DNA of 64,000 nucleotides from the human T2T-CHM13v2.0 reference genome, Homo sapiens: assembly GCF_009914755.1 (NCBI RefSeq), contig NC_060942.1, one strand, 5' to 3'. A program made the position numbers and the translations under genes. Position 1 is the first letter of the stretch; each line of letters opens with the position of its first letter. The notes under the pieces are model-generated. The model was not told where the DNA came from. It ran no database searches and saw only the letters and a list, made by a program, of their open reading frames with translations. Positions 12,650 through 27,598 of this stretch are shown in pieces.

Positions 12650-13067
12650 TGTCAAATTAAGTTTGGCCAAAAAGCTGCCTCCTTACATATTTTAAATTCC
12701 ACCTAAAGGTCTCTCCATACATAGTGAACTTTAATCCACTAGATGTGTAAACACGTTTTTACTTTTAACAAGTAGCAAAGTCTCAGCCAATCACAGTGGC
12801 TGACCTTTGACCAATCACAGGTGGCCAACTGTTCACACCTTGTTCAAATAAGGCAAAAGCAAAGCTGTAACCAATCTAGCTGTTTCTGTCCCTCATTTCC
12901 ATTTTCCAAACTTCACTATCCTTTTTCTGTTGATATATGTTACTGACCACGTGGCAGCCCAAGTCACACTGCACCTGTTCTGGTCCCGTGGCCTGCCCAA
13001 TTCACAAATTGTTCTTTGCTTGTTTAAACTCTGTTAAATTTAATTTACCTAAGTTTTTCTTTCGACA
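12650..13067 (+). mobile_element. ERV1 solo LTR (MER57-like)
   Basis: TG...CA termini; 'tgtcaaattaagtttggccaaaaagctgcctccttacatattttaa'; several CCAAT boxes; flanks gtct/gcct resemble a 4-bp TSD. Confidence 0.85.
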
Positions 13068-15762
13068 GCCTGAGTTATTATTTAAATGTATGCACTTGAA
13101 GTTTTAAATTTCCATAATATGATATTTTACGGCATCACTGAAGTTTTGTCATGTAACATTGTTATTGCTTTTTGGTTCTGTTTCGTGGAAGAAAGACTTT
13201 AGCCCCTTGTCTTGCACGTAAGTAAAAAATATTAACCACGCAACAATCATTCATCCCAATTCACTGAAAACACAGAAAGCTAGGGTTCAGGTAATGCTCA
13301 TCTATTAAGATGCCTTAATGTAATTTCACATTAAATGCCTTCTGTCAAATGCTGAGCCCCAGAAGGTTTCAGAAAAACACATTAATCAAGCAAAACTAAG
13401 GTTATTAGATTTAGTGCAGTAACAGAGAACACTACCTTGACAGAATCTTAATAGTGTTTCAAATTGGGGAAATTAAAAAAAAAAAAGAAAACATAAGGAT
13501 TTAGAATTCAGATTGGATGAGTTTAAGGTAGGTCTCTCAAGCCTGGTGTCCGAGTTTGGGCAGACTTTATGATGCAATATCCTGTAATTTCTATTTTATT
13601 TTTTATTGGATCCATGGAATATGTTAAACTATGTTTTTCTTTTGGCGTTCAATTGTAACTTTATCTTTTGTTTATTGATTTCTGGCTATTTGCATTGTGA
13701 TCAAAGAACTTATTTGTATGACACTGATTTTTTGAAATTTTTAGGACATTACTTGGGGCCCATTGTATAAGCACTTTTGTAGTGTTTCGTAGAAATTCAC
13801 CTTCTTGAGTTTGGCAGTATATATTTCTATTTATGTTTGTTCAATTCGATATTTGTGTGTTGTTTAAATCTCCTTTGAATTTAGGTATGTGTTCTCAACT
13901 TAAAAAAACTTCAATGAAAAATTTGTCTATCTCCTTTTGCAGAACTGATAAATCTAGGTATTTTCATTACTGATATATTTCTAATATTTATATATTTTCT
14001 CTTTTTTTTTTTCTATCTGGTCTTTTTTGATTGAAGTTTAAAATGTCATTTTGTCCCCTCTTTCATTTTATTTTCATGTTGTGACTTATAAACTCTACCA
14101 TGATTCTTAAAGTGGTTACCCTTGAAATTTTACTATGCATTATTAAATTATTGAAGGCTGAAATTAATCATTATTACTACTCCCTTTTAATATAATACAA
14201 GAGCATTAAAATTACCTTATTATAATTTCCCCAAATGCATTTTGTATTATTATTGTTGCAGCTTCTCAAATTAGGCATAAATATTAATGTTCATAGCAGA
14301 AAAAATGCGTATTGCTGTCACTACGTTTATCACCTTCTTTGTTCACTATCCCCAAAATGTCAAACATTATATTGGTTTTTTGCCTGAGGGTAGCAGTGCC
14401 TCCAAATTCCTTCTTTTAATAAAGGGGAATATATTTGTAACGTTTTGTTCAATTGAAATATAAAGCATGATTTATCCACTAAGTTTTTTTTTCAATCCTA
14501 CTTATTTCAATAGTTTTTGCATTGTCATTATTTTCTAAGTAAGAGTTTCTCAGGAGAATGATTTTTTTAATATTCAAGAGTTTGACTTACATAAATGCAT
14601 TTATATGCACATAAGGTCGTTGTTATTTTCTAGTAGCCATAAGTATATACTTTTATCTTCTAGAAATTGAATAAGGTTTTATTCTACTTTTTTCTCTCAT
14701 AATAAATCTATTACTCATGCTCATTATTCAAAGATGCTTACCTTCAAAGCATTGCCTTTTACTTTGAATTTCATATTCCATATATATGGGAAAAGTTTCG
14801 TATGTATGCATACATTAAATAAACCTTATGAATTGTAGAGCTTCATACTTCTAAATTATTTTTCCTACTTATTGATATATTACTGGCTGGAAATGAGTTA
14901 TAATTTATATCAATATCCTTTTCCCTTGTTTCCCTCTTACTCTGCAATATTAAAGATACAGGTCTCAATTTGTTCTATTACATTTCCTCTAAGTTATCCA
15001 TAATCAATTGAATTAGACCAAACTAGATGTTAATCTTCAGAGTGAGAGGGAAAGTTTCCCTGAATCCTGCACAGTGGGTTGTGGTATAATGCAGCCCTCT
15101 GAGGTACAATTGTAGGCAAATCCCTTTAAGCAGATCCCATTAATGTTCCCACTATTCCCCAACTGTCACTGTTTTCTCTGTAGCAACTCATTTCTTCTTT
15201 TGAAGAACACTTTTCCTTAAATCTCACTGTCTGATTAGTGATACTGATAATTTAGTTCTAAAATAACTCAACCTGCATCTACTCTTTACCCTTATTTGCC
15301 CCATCTATAATGTTTCATCAGGAGAGAAGAAAGTATTACCAACTTCTACTCCTGTCATTTACAGGGTTGAGAATTTCAGCTTAAATGCATGAATATTGAT
15401 GCGTGGAAGGGAGGTGAGGGAGCTATAAGGGCAGCCCAGTGGAGGGCCTTTTCTAAAGGCAGCTCGGTGAGACCTGAGTGTGCCCATGTCCACACAGCAG
15501 AACACGGCAAAACCGACAGATCCCAGATATGAGACCACTGTATCCACAGTTTTTGTTCTAAGAAGCACTTGTCAAGAAAGAAATCCTATAAACCAATGAT
15601 TAACTTTACCTTTTACTCCAGGAAGTCTCTACCAAACAATTACCCAACACTTAAGGACTTTGAGAAAACAGCTTTCCTGAAAAAAGCTTACTCACCTGGG
15701 CGAGCCGTTGGTGATCAAGGACACTTCCTGATTAAGACTTGCTTTTAGAACTTCATAACTGC

Positions 15763-16094
<332 letters not shown>

Positions 16095-16607
16095 CTATTG
16101 TGGATCATGTTTTCAAGTTCATGCTCCTCATTTGAAAGACTCACTGTCAATTATTTGAATCTGTACCCCCAAACCCTAAAACCATGAGCCTCACAAGGTG
16201 GTGTTCTCAGTTCCTGCAGAAAGGCCAATTAACTCGTCTGCTTGATCCACAGGCTTCCTGGGGCGCTGCAGGGAAGGCTAGTAAAGGAAGCGCTCAGGGA
16301 ACAATTGCTATGTTTTAGGTGAGGGACTACATGGGAGAAAGAGGTAGAAAACATCATTCTTCTGATTTTCAGTTACTATTTTATAAAGACAAATCTTAAT
16401 ATATTGGGTGATGAAAATTGTAGATATTCTCATTTTAGTTCATTCACCTTAAATTAGGATGACTTCCTTAGAAATTCTGACATCTTTTTAAAATATGTTT
16501 ATATGTAGTGCAGGAACAAATTGGAAAAGGCTGCACTGGGGACTGTAAGCCAGTTCCATACTGAAATAAAAGTAACTAACTCAAAATGTTTCTCTTCTTC
16601 TCCAAAG

Positions 16608-16655
16608 ACACAATATCATAAATATCTATTCCCTTTTCATGCCAAAGGTGTGGCG
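16608..16655 (+). other. Candidate 48-nt spliced exon, function unknown
   Basis: Branch-point-like AACTAAC (16574-16580), pyrimidine tract TGTTTCTCTTCTTCTCCAAAG, donor GCG|GTGAGT; motif evidence only. Confidence 0.3.
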
Positions 16656-18269
16656 GTGAGTGGAATTGATACGAGGTGAAGATCAAAAAAGGGTTCATTG
16701 TAGAGTTCAAACTTTGTGTGGCCCCTTTTTATTTGAGTTTAAAATTTCAAACAGTATATGAGGTATGATAATTTGTAATTGGTACAATTCATACAAAATT
16801 TGACTTAACTAATGTTTTCAGTTTTGACATTTGTTTTTGAATTCTGAGTTGCTAGTTTTAAAACAAAAGAGTGATTCAAGAGCATAGAAATTAAATTCCC
16901 AGCATGGCCAATCTGATGCAGGTTTCAAGTTATCACTAGTGCAGATGTTTTGGTTTCATTAACTTTATTAAATAAAATTATTAATTCCTTGATAATTATT
17001 TCTGTAAACTAATAGAATAGCCTTTGGTTATAGTGATGAATGTTCAAATTTTTTGGCAGATATAGAAACTATTGCGTAAAGACTTATACTTTTTGTATCC
17101 TGCAGGAATTTGGAGGAATTTGTAGTAATTTAAATATATTTACAAAACCAGCCACTAGCATTTAATTATTCTGAATTCTATAAGAATTTTAAAGGAGTTG
17201 CCCTTGCCAACAATGTCACAAAGCATTGACCTTGTGAAGCTCAATCAATAAATAGATTAATTAATAAATAAGGCAAAAGTGGAGAAAATTAAAGCAATGC
17301 CTATCTTTCGAAATATGTTACACGTTTTATAATTATTACTGAAACACTTTCATCATGTAGAGCAAAAGATAGTCAAATAATCTGCTTTAGATATTAAAAA
17401 GATTAAGTTTGCTATTGTCATGGTTCAAAATTGGACATACTATCATCTAGTGATTTTATTTTTCCCAAGCGTGATCAGCCTTACAAATGTTAGTTCTTAG
17501 GAATTAGAAAGTTATTTGATATTCAGATGTAACCTTTAAGCATCACATTCTAGAAATTAATAAAATTTTTCACTTGGATTAAAAAGAAACAGAATGTTTT
17601 GAAGGCCCAAAAGGTTTTAATATCAACAGATGCATTGAGAAACATCTTTCAGTGATGGAAATTGATTTATTCATTGTGCATTTACCTGTTTGCTAATTAG
17701 TAGCTTAAATGGTTTCACTTCGTGTAGCTAATGAACTCAAGGGTGTATGTTATTCTGTACAAGAATACAGTGGATTTCTTATAATATATTAATTGTTTAA
17801 AACAAACATTTGAGGATCATTTTCAAAATGTATTTGCATGGCAATTACTATTCCACTAGATTCCTTCAAACACAAGTATCAGGATATCTAATGAAGCAAT
17901 CATTAAAATATTTTTCTCTTAAAATTATCTCAATACCAATGAACAATCTTTTAATGTATTTAGTAGAGTCATGTCAATTTTACAGGACTGAATGGTTAAA
18001 TAATTGAATATATACAGAAGAAGGCTTTGGCTTTTAGTGAGGCAACATTCACTCTGTGGCAATTAATACAGGCATTGTGACATTAAGCAAGAAATGTTTA
18101 AGTAGGGAAACATCCTAAATAGTTTTAGTTAGGTGTAGATGAAAGAATTTTAATGAAGTGGCAATGTCATTGTGCGCATTAATTTCTTCTATAATAAAAG
18201 TGGTTTTTTTACTTTGAAAATTATTCAGAAATCAACTTGTCTGATAATAATAAAAGTACTACACTATTA

Positions 18270-18490
18270 GTAATAACAATGGTAACATTGATTAAGTAAT
18301 TCCCATGTGCCATTTACTATTCTACCTTCTTTTCATTTAATCTTCTCAATAAGACTATCAGATAGGTATTACTGTTCCCCACTTTATAGAAGAAGAAACT
18401 AGATATTCACATAGTACGTGAATCTCTCACCCAGGTCAAAAGTCCATGGAATTCTAATCAAGGCCTACAATATATTATTCAGAGCTGCAC
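18270..18490. mobile_element. MIR
   Basis: 'ataggtattactgttccccactttatagaagaagaaact' resembles the MIR core. Confidence 0.65.
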
Positions 18491-18922
18491 TATATTATTT
18501 TCTTATCAGCAACCACTTTGTTAATCATCCCTGAATTACACCAAAAAGACAGCCAACATTATTAAGAATGTTTTCAAAGAAGCAAAGCTTCGCAGAATCC
18601 AATCATGATGAGAATTTGCAGAGAGCCTTGAGCAAGCCTAAGAGTAAAGTTAGCTTTAGGACAGTACATTAAAGAACACAGTCAATCCAAGTGGAGATGG
18701 AATTGGTCAACAGTGTGGGAGTGTGGTTGCAGAATATGCACAGGCATAGCAGAGAGAAGAGGAATCTGAAGCTAATGAATGCAGAGACTTGGCTATATAG
18801 GATCACAGTTCTGACTAGACCCCTCTTAAGAGAAAGCTAGCACTACTTCAGAATCTTAATCTACATCTTTTATAACAGATATATATTTATGTCACAGTTA
18901 ATATAAAGCAAAATGCATATGC

Positions 18923-19233
18923 TTTTCTTTTTTTTTGTCTTCTTTTGGAGGCAGGGTCTCACTTTGTGGCCCAGAATGGAATGCAGCAGCATGATCTCGG
19001 CTCACTGCAGCCTCCAACTCTCCGAGCTCAGAGGATCCTCCCACCTCAGCCTCCCGAGTAGCTAGGGCTACAGACCTGCATCACTGCACCAGGCTAATGT
19101 TTGTGTTTTTTTATATAGAGATGGGGTTTCTCCATGTTGTCTAGGCTGGACTTGAGCTCCTGGGCTCAAGCGATCCTCCTGCATTGGCCTCTCAAAGTGC
19201 TGGGATTACAGGGTTGAACCACTGCGCCCTGCC
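18923..19233 (-). mobile_element. AluJ
   Basis: Poly-T followed by an antisense Alu; J-type 'tcctgggctcaagcgatcctcc'. Confidence 0.95.
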
Positions 19234-22200
19234 TGGATGTGCTTTTTATTTCATTGTGGAGATTTATTCATTCTCAACAGACCCTTCAGTGGTCTCTAGA
19301 AAACTTATGACTACAGAACACATCTAGCATTTGTTATATATCCACACCTGCTACTAGTGAAGTACATGAGCTGAATATGAGCAAAACACATGACCCAGTG
19401 TTCTGCACAGATTCTATAATAATGCTAACACAATTATAATTATAATCAAGACTCTGATGTTCAGAAAAGGCAAGGTAATTGTGCTACACGGTATACTAAA
19501 GATCAGCTTTTAAAAGTTTCCAGGCAAGGGATTTCAATGATACAGTCTCTAGAGGTAAGCATCCTGAGGCATAAATTGAGGCACAAAAATTTAGAGGATA
19601 CGTCTAGGCTAGAATAGGAGAAAATGGACAACAGCCATCATATTGGCCATCTTTTCTTCATTTTTTCTGTAAATGTTGGATGATTTTTCAATCCATAAAA
19701 AGAACAATCATAGAGTTTGTACACGCAGAGATGCAGTTGGAAAAATGAGTCTTGGGATCCAAAACATACAGATATGTACATCTATCTATATTTTGATCAA
19801 TTGATCTACTGCTTAGTCTATTCATCTGTCAGTCTATATATTATCTGAAGTTTATATATATATGTATAGAGGGGGGTGGTGGTATATAGATAGATGAATG
19901 TATGCTTATGCTCAAATTTATTATATATGTTTATAACCAAAACATATATAATCAACATAAGAGTATGTATGTACCTGTGTGTGTGCATATGTGTGCGTAT
20001 GGATGTACATAACTCAATACAGGGTATAAGTATTTGAAAGTAAGTTGCAGACATAATCATACCTAACCTACATGAACTTTAGCATACATCTCCTAAGCTT
20101 AAGGGCCTTCTCTGCATAACTGCAATATCATTACCATATTGGAAACAATAAATGATAATCTTAAAATATCATCACATTCAATCCATGTTCAAATTTTATA
20201 TATTGCTATAACAGTTCTGATTTGATCCAATATAAAATTAAGGATTTCATGGAATATTTGGTTTTTATGCCCATGCCCATTTAGTAACTTTTGAATCTTG
20301 AAGGCAACCAAGTTTATTTGTTTTTTTATGATAAGGATTTTTTTTGAAAGTCAAGTCTATACAGTTTTGCAGATTTTATTCCCCAATATTCTAGGTTTGT
20401 GTGACATTTTCACTAAATATAAAGTATTCCATGTACCCCATAGATAAGTAAAATATTGTGTATTACTTAAAAATTAAGTTTCAGTTAAACAATTCTTCAA
20501 CGATACTAACCAATAGTTTGGTATTTTCATTGCATGATATTGGGAGTCACTTTTTGAAATGTTGGGTCGGCTGGGCAGATTTTGCTCACTTAGCTAAGGT
20601 GGACCACCGGTTCTTTCCATTGTGCAACTGCAGGTAAATGTTCCCCTTTGCTATTAGTCAGTAATCCCTAAGGATGATGTTTAGGCTTCACACGAATAAC
20701 TTCTTCAAACATCTTTCATCCTGTTTAACATCTGTTAATGATTCTCACCGGAATCAATTATTATATTGGTATTTGCAACGTGGTGATTTTTCTATTCTTA
20801 AATTATTTCTATGCTAACAGCCAAAATTATTTTATCAAAAATTGTTTTGTTTTTCTCTCTTCTATTTTTATGTTATGTTAATTTCATGAATAATCTAAAT
20901 TATATTTCACTCCAAGTAAATGCACATTTCATCGTTCCACAGCAAAGAGCAAGATTTTCCGATACTTGAAATGACCTCAGGGAAGGGACTGTGTGGCACT
21001 TGGCAGTATGACTCAAAGGAGTAAATAAAAAGACTACAAATTACTGGTTGTATATAGTAATTTAAGGGAAATTTTTAAACGAATCTAGAGAAATGAATCT
21101 TTTAAAATGGTTGTGAATCATGAACTGTTAAAATAGAAACAAAAATATTTTAACAGTTCAAAATGTTAATTTAATAGCTCATTCTGTTTAACTATCTTTA
21201 TAGAAACATCTCACCCACTGGATTGTTTCCATTATTTTGAGCAATAAAATTTCTAAATTTGAGTTTTCCAAATTAATGATACGTAAGTTCTGAATGCTTC
21301 TGAAATGTATCAAATAGAATGTAAATTATGGACACTAAAGTGATTCATATGTATTTAACAACAAAATGTGCACAACAAAATACAATCAAATGTCATTAAT
21401 TAGAACTGTCAAATTACATCTTCGTTCTTGCAGTAATGTTTAAATTAAAATTTAATGATTTTCGAATAAGTAATGCAGTCCAATGGTACAAAATTTATAC
21501 AGAAATCTCACATTCTTCTGTGGCTTTTGACCAATTATCTTTTCAGTGGCAACCTCTCTTGGGTTTCTTAGTATTCTATCTGTTCACAAATCTAAACATA
21601 TTTGTGTGAAGGTGTACACACACACACATTTGTCATTTTTTTCACAAATTATAGCAAACTTTAATTTTTTGTGTCTTACTTGTTCAATTGTCAGTATGTC
21701 TTGGAAGTTCTATGAGACTATACGCACAGAGCTACCTTATAATTTTTAACAGCTGCATGGTATTCCATTATACAAAAGTATTAATGTTAATTCGCCGGAT
21801 ACTTTTTATTAAGTATTTAAATATTTATATAATTCCTAATCTTTTAATGCTTTAAAAAGAGCTGCAAGAAATACCCTGAGAACAAATTATTAGCATTTGC
21901 ATTTTTAATGGTAACAAAACTTTCCAAATTGCCTTTCCATAGAAGCGTTATTATACTATCTTCTCACCAGAAGAATGTAAATCTCCTTGCCAACAGTTTT
22001 TTATATATTTTTTCCTTCAAACAACTGTTAAATTACTATCTGCATATTAATTAGCTTGCCTCAAAGGTTATTAAAATCATACCAGAAGTTTTTTGACTGT
22101 TTATTTGGTGCTAGGCACTCTGGTAGGTACTGGAAACACCATTGATTCCCTTGGTTAACCAAATACATATTGCCGTTATATAAGATTAATACAAAGGGAT

Positions 22201-23956
22201 GTGTTTGTATTGTGATTGACCCCAGTTACTATTCATTGTCCAGTGACACCAGTGAAACTGTGCAATAGAAGTGGGTGGAGATGAAAGAGTCTCGAAATGA
22301 ACGCCTCCCAATGTAAGAGCTTGTTTTTATGAGTGAAATGGATAGAACTCAAACTCTCTAATATTAATTTTCCTCCCTTCCGGCAAGAATAGAAGGACCA
22401 GATTTGTTTTCCCTATTCTTTTGTGACCCCTGGAGAGATCCCTTGGGAAATCATACAAAGCTTCCTGAAAGGTTTGAAATGAATCTCTGTCACTACCAAA
22501 CAATTTTCTCGTACAAACAAAAACTCTTTGCTCCCCGAGGCCTGCACTATCATTTAGTAGTAAAGCTGCGATATCTCAGTGCTCATTTCTGTGGCAGCAA
22601 TGCTGCCAGCTGCTCTTACGTCAGGGCTACGAGGCTTTATATTCCTCAATATATGTCATGCTCCGGAGAGCTTGACAATAAGCAAACACTACTTTTTAAA
22701 TTACTGAACACCATCTCTGAAACAGTGTGTAATACTGAATTTTACTCTGTTTGTACATAATCTGCAAGCACAGTTAATTTTAAAAATATCACAGGAAATA
22801 ACATATACATTGTCATGTCTGTAACTGCGATTACTTGAAAAAAGCTTGGCAACATCACAGAGTGAGCATCACAGACTTGCGTATGGATTGGTGACTTGAG
22901 AGACTGGGGACAGTAATTAAACAGTGAAAACAAACACAGGTTCACTCTACAGCCAATCAGCAAGCTATCTTCTGGAAGACAGAATATGAACTATATAATG
23001 GCAGTGACATTTTTCCATTGTATACATACACACCACCAAGTGGTTGGGACTTAATACATCGTTGTTGAATCCATAAATCAATAGTGAAAATAAATAAATC
23101 TTCTAGCAAACAACAGTCTAGACTAGGGCACAATTTTCTCACCCTTGATCACCAATCTTAATTTTATAATAAAAACAAAAAGACATATGTGCATTTTCTG
23201 AGATTAATTTTTCTGTTCAATTTTAACTCATTACTTATGCTAATGGAAATAAAAGGATGACTTCCCTAATTACAATTGATTTAAATATAATGTTGTGGGG
23301 AAGTCCCATGTCTCCCCATTGTGTTTCTCTTTGGCTCGTCTTTGCTCCTAAATCTTGAAGGAAAGGTGCAGAGTCAACTTTGGACTGTGTGGTAACCAAA
23401 ATAATTGTCTAGTTCTCACATTTCTACTCTGATATAAGGCAATTCTGTGCCTTGATCACTTCTGTCAGGAAGAAGTTAGGAACAAGTCCTAATAATGTGG
23501 GTTTGCATACTTTTATTCAGTAGGTTTCTTTTATTTTTAAGTAGGACATCGGTGACTGTAATTTAACAACAGAGATTAATATGAAGAGTAACGTAAAGTA
23601 AAATGAAAATCAAGGTAGATCTGTTCTTTGACTAAAGAATAGTTGGAAAAGAAAAAAAAAAACCTCACACAATAAGTGCACCTGAGTCTGGAAATAAGAA
23701 TAATATGCTCTGAAAATTAAGGCTAATAATAATAATTTCATCATATTAAACAACAATAACAGCATATTTTAGAATTTGTTCTTTTTCTCTACTCCTGTAT
23801 TCATTACAACAATCTCCTATTAATATCACTGTATTTACTATATAAAATTTTTCACTTGGTCTCACTTATGTATGTCAGCAGTCAGAAAATAGCTCCTACT
23901 CAGTTGCAGATCTCCCACAGAAGGGCAAATTTGCGCTTTTACATTTATGAAAGTGC

Positions 23957-24405
23957 AGGTGATCCTCAGTATTTGTGGACTCAGTATCTGTGAATTTAAC
24001 CTACTTACAAAAATTTATTTGTAGTCCAAACAATATCGGCGCCTCTTCCACAATCATCCTGGACATGTGCAGAACGGTGAAGGCTTTGAGGGGTCTGATG
24101 CCACGTCCTGAGCGGAGGTTGAATTAGAGAATGCTCTGCCTTCCTGTTTGAGCTCTCAGCCTGCAGCACAACAAATATCCTCTTCACAGCATATTTCGTC
24201 CCTGGATTTCCACAACTTTGTACTTTTAGTTGGTGATTTCACAGTTCAGCATGACTTCCAAGCACAGTGCTGAAGTGTTGTCGAGAGTTCTCATGCTGCC
24301 ATGTGCCAGAGGGAGAAAATACCTGTGCCCCATAAGCTTGATACTGGCGTGAGTTATATAGTAGTGCTGGCTGTTAGTTCAATGTTAAAGAATCAAACAT
24401 ATATA
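23957..24405 (+). mobile_element. TcMar-Tigger DNA transposon relic (MER82-like), 3' truncated
   Basis: 'caggtgatcctcagtatttgtggactcagtatctgtgaatt...aaaatttatttgta' and 'aagcacagtgctgaagtgttgtc' match recalled MER82. Confidence 0.8.
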
Positions 24406-24426
24406 TGATTTATAATATTTATTAGT

Positions 24427-24764
<338 letters not shown>

Positions 24765-25756
24765 CTATATTTAAATAACTGATAATCAACTATTATAGAA
24801 TGTACACATAAATCAAGGATTTATAAGAAAAAGGCATTCACGTGAGTAGAATAAGGTGCAAGGACTTTATCAGACGAGGAGGTCCAAATGGTCAATAATT
24901 ATATAATAGAACAATGTGCTTAACCTCGTTACTAATCAAATACACGCCAATAAAATAGAATTGCTTATTCAAATCCCTAGCTATGCTTTATTGCTTAATT
25001 TGGTTGCTGGTTACACCACCATTTATTTTTAAAATATTGATGAATAAGCACCAATACATATTTTACACATACTTCTAAAAATATAATATAGTTTCACAGT
25101 AAAAAATATTTGTAAATGTCAGGGAGAGAAACTTTTTTAGAAAAGCATTTTATGTGGGAAGTTTAATTTCCTTAATGCTATATTCCATATAAACTAGTTA
25201 ATATGTAACTTGCTACCTAACATTCAAAATTCCATAGCATGGAATCAAATCCAAAACAAAAACAGCAAAATATTAGAACTTGATTCCAATATGTAGACAG
25301 AAACATTAAGAATTATACCAGCAAGAGATAGAAAAAGTAATAAAATTTTCCCATATACTTAAAGTATATGGACTTAGAGTGTATAACCAGTAGATGTAAT
25401 AATACCTACATGGCTTTAAAAGTAAAATAATAAAGATTATTTTTGATAAAAAGCAAAGGTCTCCAGTCCTAATATTTGTCACTTGCTCTGCTCCTACCAG
25501 TCGCACATTATTTTTCTGTTTTTGTTTTGCACATGTTATAAATGCCTCCAACTCGATTTCCTGAGTTTTTTTCACTATTTTTTTCATCACCACCAGCCCA
25601 TGATCTGTCGACAGATTCGACTCACTCTCCCTGCACCTCCACCCCTCTACTCGTCATTGTCATCACCAGATTTATTCTCTCCATCAGTTTCGTTTTAAGC
25701 TAAATGATGCGGCTTTCATCAGCTGTAAATGCTGCTTCTTTATGACCCCTTTATAA

Positions 25757-26096
<340 letters not shown>

Positions 26097-26699
26097 TTTG
26101 TTTTTTCTTTTACTTTTTCCTAATTCCACTTAGATGGGCCGGTTTGTCTTGAATCCCTTGTCTCCTCTATTCTTTATTTATTATCAAGAAATGTGGGAGC
26201 AAAATTTGTGCATCTTCGTATGTTAAAAATAAAGTTTTACTTATTCATTGAACTTGATAAATATATGCATATGCTTTTTAAATATTTTATTTGCCTATGT
26301 TATTGAGATTTCAGATTACCTTTAAAAATAATAAAAAGAGGAAGCAAGTAGGAAACTCTTACCCAAATAAAATCAATTGAATGTGAGGTCCGTTACCAGG
26401 ACATAGGTACATAATGACCCATGGACGTCAAAGCAGAGAGAGCATGAATGGCACATCCCTCTTTGATATCAGAGTCGCATCATTGTGTTACTCTTTAACA
26501 TCAGTCATACAATAGTGTGGCAACCGCCTAAGTGAAAAGTGGAGACTACTATTTGTGAAGGAAGTTAGAAATAAAGCCTAGTAGTCTCAAGGAGATACTA
26601 TCTTACTTCTTATGTCTTTTTTCTTTCCTTGAATTACTGACAGCACCTGTCTATGAATGATGTGTGATTATTATATATGTTTATTTGTTTGTTTGTTTT

Positions 26700-26805
26700 G
26701 TTCTTTCTTTCTTCTTTCTTTTTCTTAACGACGAGGTCTCACTCTGCCACCCAGGCTGGAATGCAGTGGTGCAATCATAGCTCACTGCAACTTCAAACTT
26801 CCAGG
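26700..26805 (-). mobile_element. AluJ fragment
   Basis: 'ggtctcactctgccacccaggctggaatgcagtggtgcaatcatagctcactgca', truncated. Confidence 0.85.
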
Positions 26806-26819
26806 TTTAATTTTCACTG

Positions 26820-27107
26820 TGGTGAAACAGGATTAGTTCTTGTGGGAATGGATATTTCCCAAGCAGGAGTGTTGTTGTAAAGCTGGGACACTCCAGATCT
26901 TGCCTCCACCCATGTGTCCACTTCCCTTTTGACCTTCTCTGCCATGTTTTGAGGCAGCGCAAAGCCCTCGTTAGAAGCTAGATCATGCCCTCGAAATCCC
27001 CAGCCTGCAAAACCTTGAATAAAACAGACTCCTTTTCCTTATAAATTAGCCAGTCTGAGTATTCTTGGCTCCTATTCTGTTATAGCAACACAAAACAGAC
27101 TAATACA
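26820..27107 (+). mobile_element. MaLR LTR 3' part (MST-like)
   Basis: 'ccttataaattagccagtct...tgttatagcaacacaaaacagactaataca' is the canonical MST 3' end. Confidence 0.85.
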
Positions 27108-27459
27108 ATTATCTTTTCAGTGAGATTTCCTATCGCCTATAATAGATTCACTGCCTTTTTTTTTTGTTTAGGATTTTACTTGGTTTTAAACCCATTTTAT
27201 CTGTAATATAAATAGCTGCAAATTTCAAATGCTAATTATTCAAATGTCAATGATCCCAATACATTCATCTTCAATAACTATAAATCTTGTTACAAACTTA
27301 AAAACATTACTTCCAATAGTATTTATGGAAATAAGCTATGATGCACATTCCATTTTATCAGATTTAAGGATTTAATTATTTAATTTTTGAGTGCACTGTT
27401 AAAGATTCCACCTTATTTTTAAGGTTATTTATCTTTGCTCAAAACACATTGTTTTTTCT

Positions 27460-27598
27460 TTTTGTTTGTTTGTTGCTGTTGTTGTTTTAGAGAGATTGGA
27501 TCTTTCCCAGGCTGGTCTTGAGCTACTGGCCTCAAGCAATCCACCTACCTTGGCCTCCCAAAATGTTGGGATTACAGGAGTGAGTGACAGCACCAAGA
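27460..27598 (-). mobile_element. FLAM/Alu left monomer
   Basis: 'caggctggtcttgagctactggcctcaagcaatcc...gggattacagg'. Confidence 0.85.
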
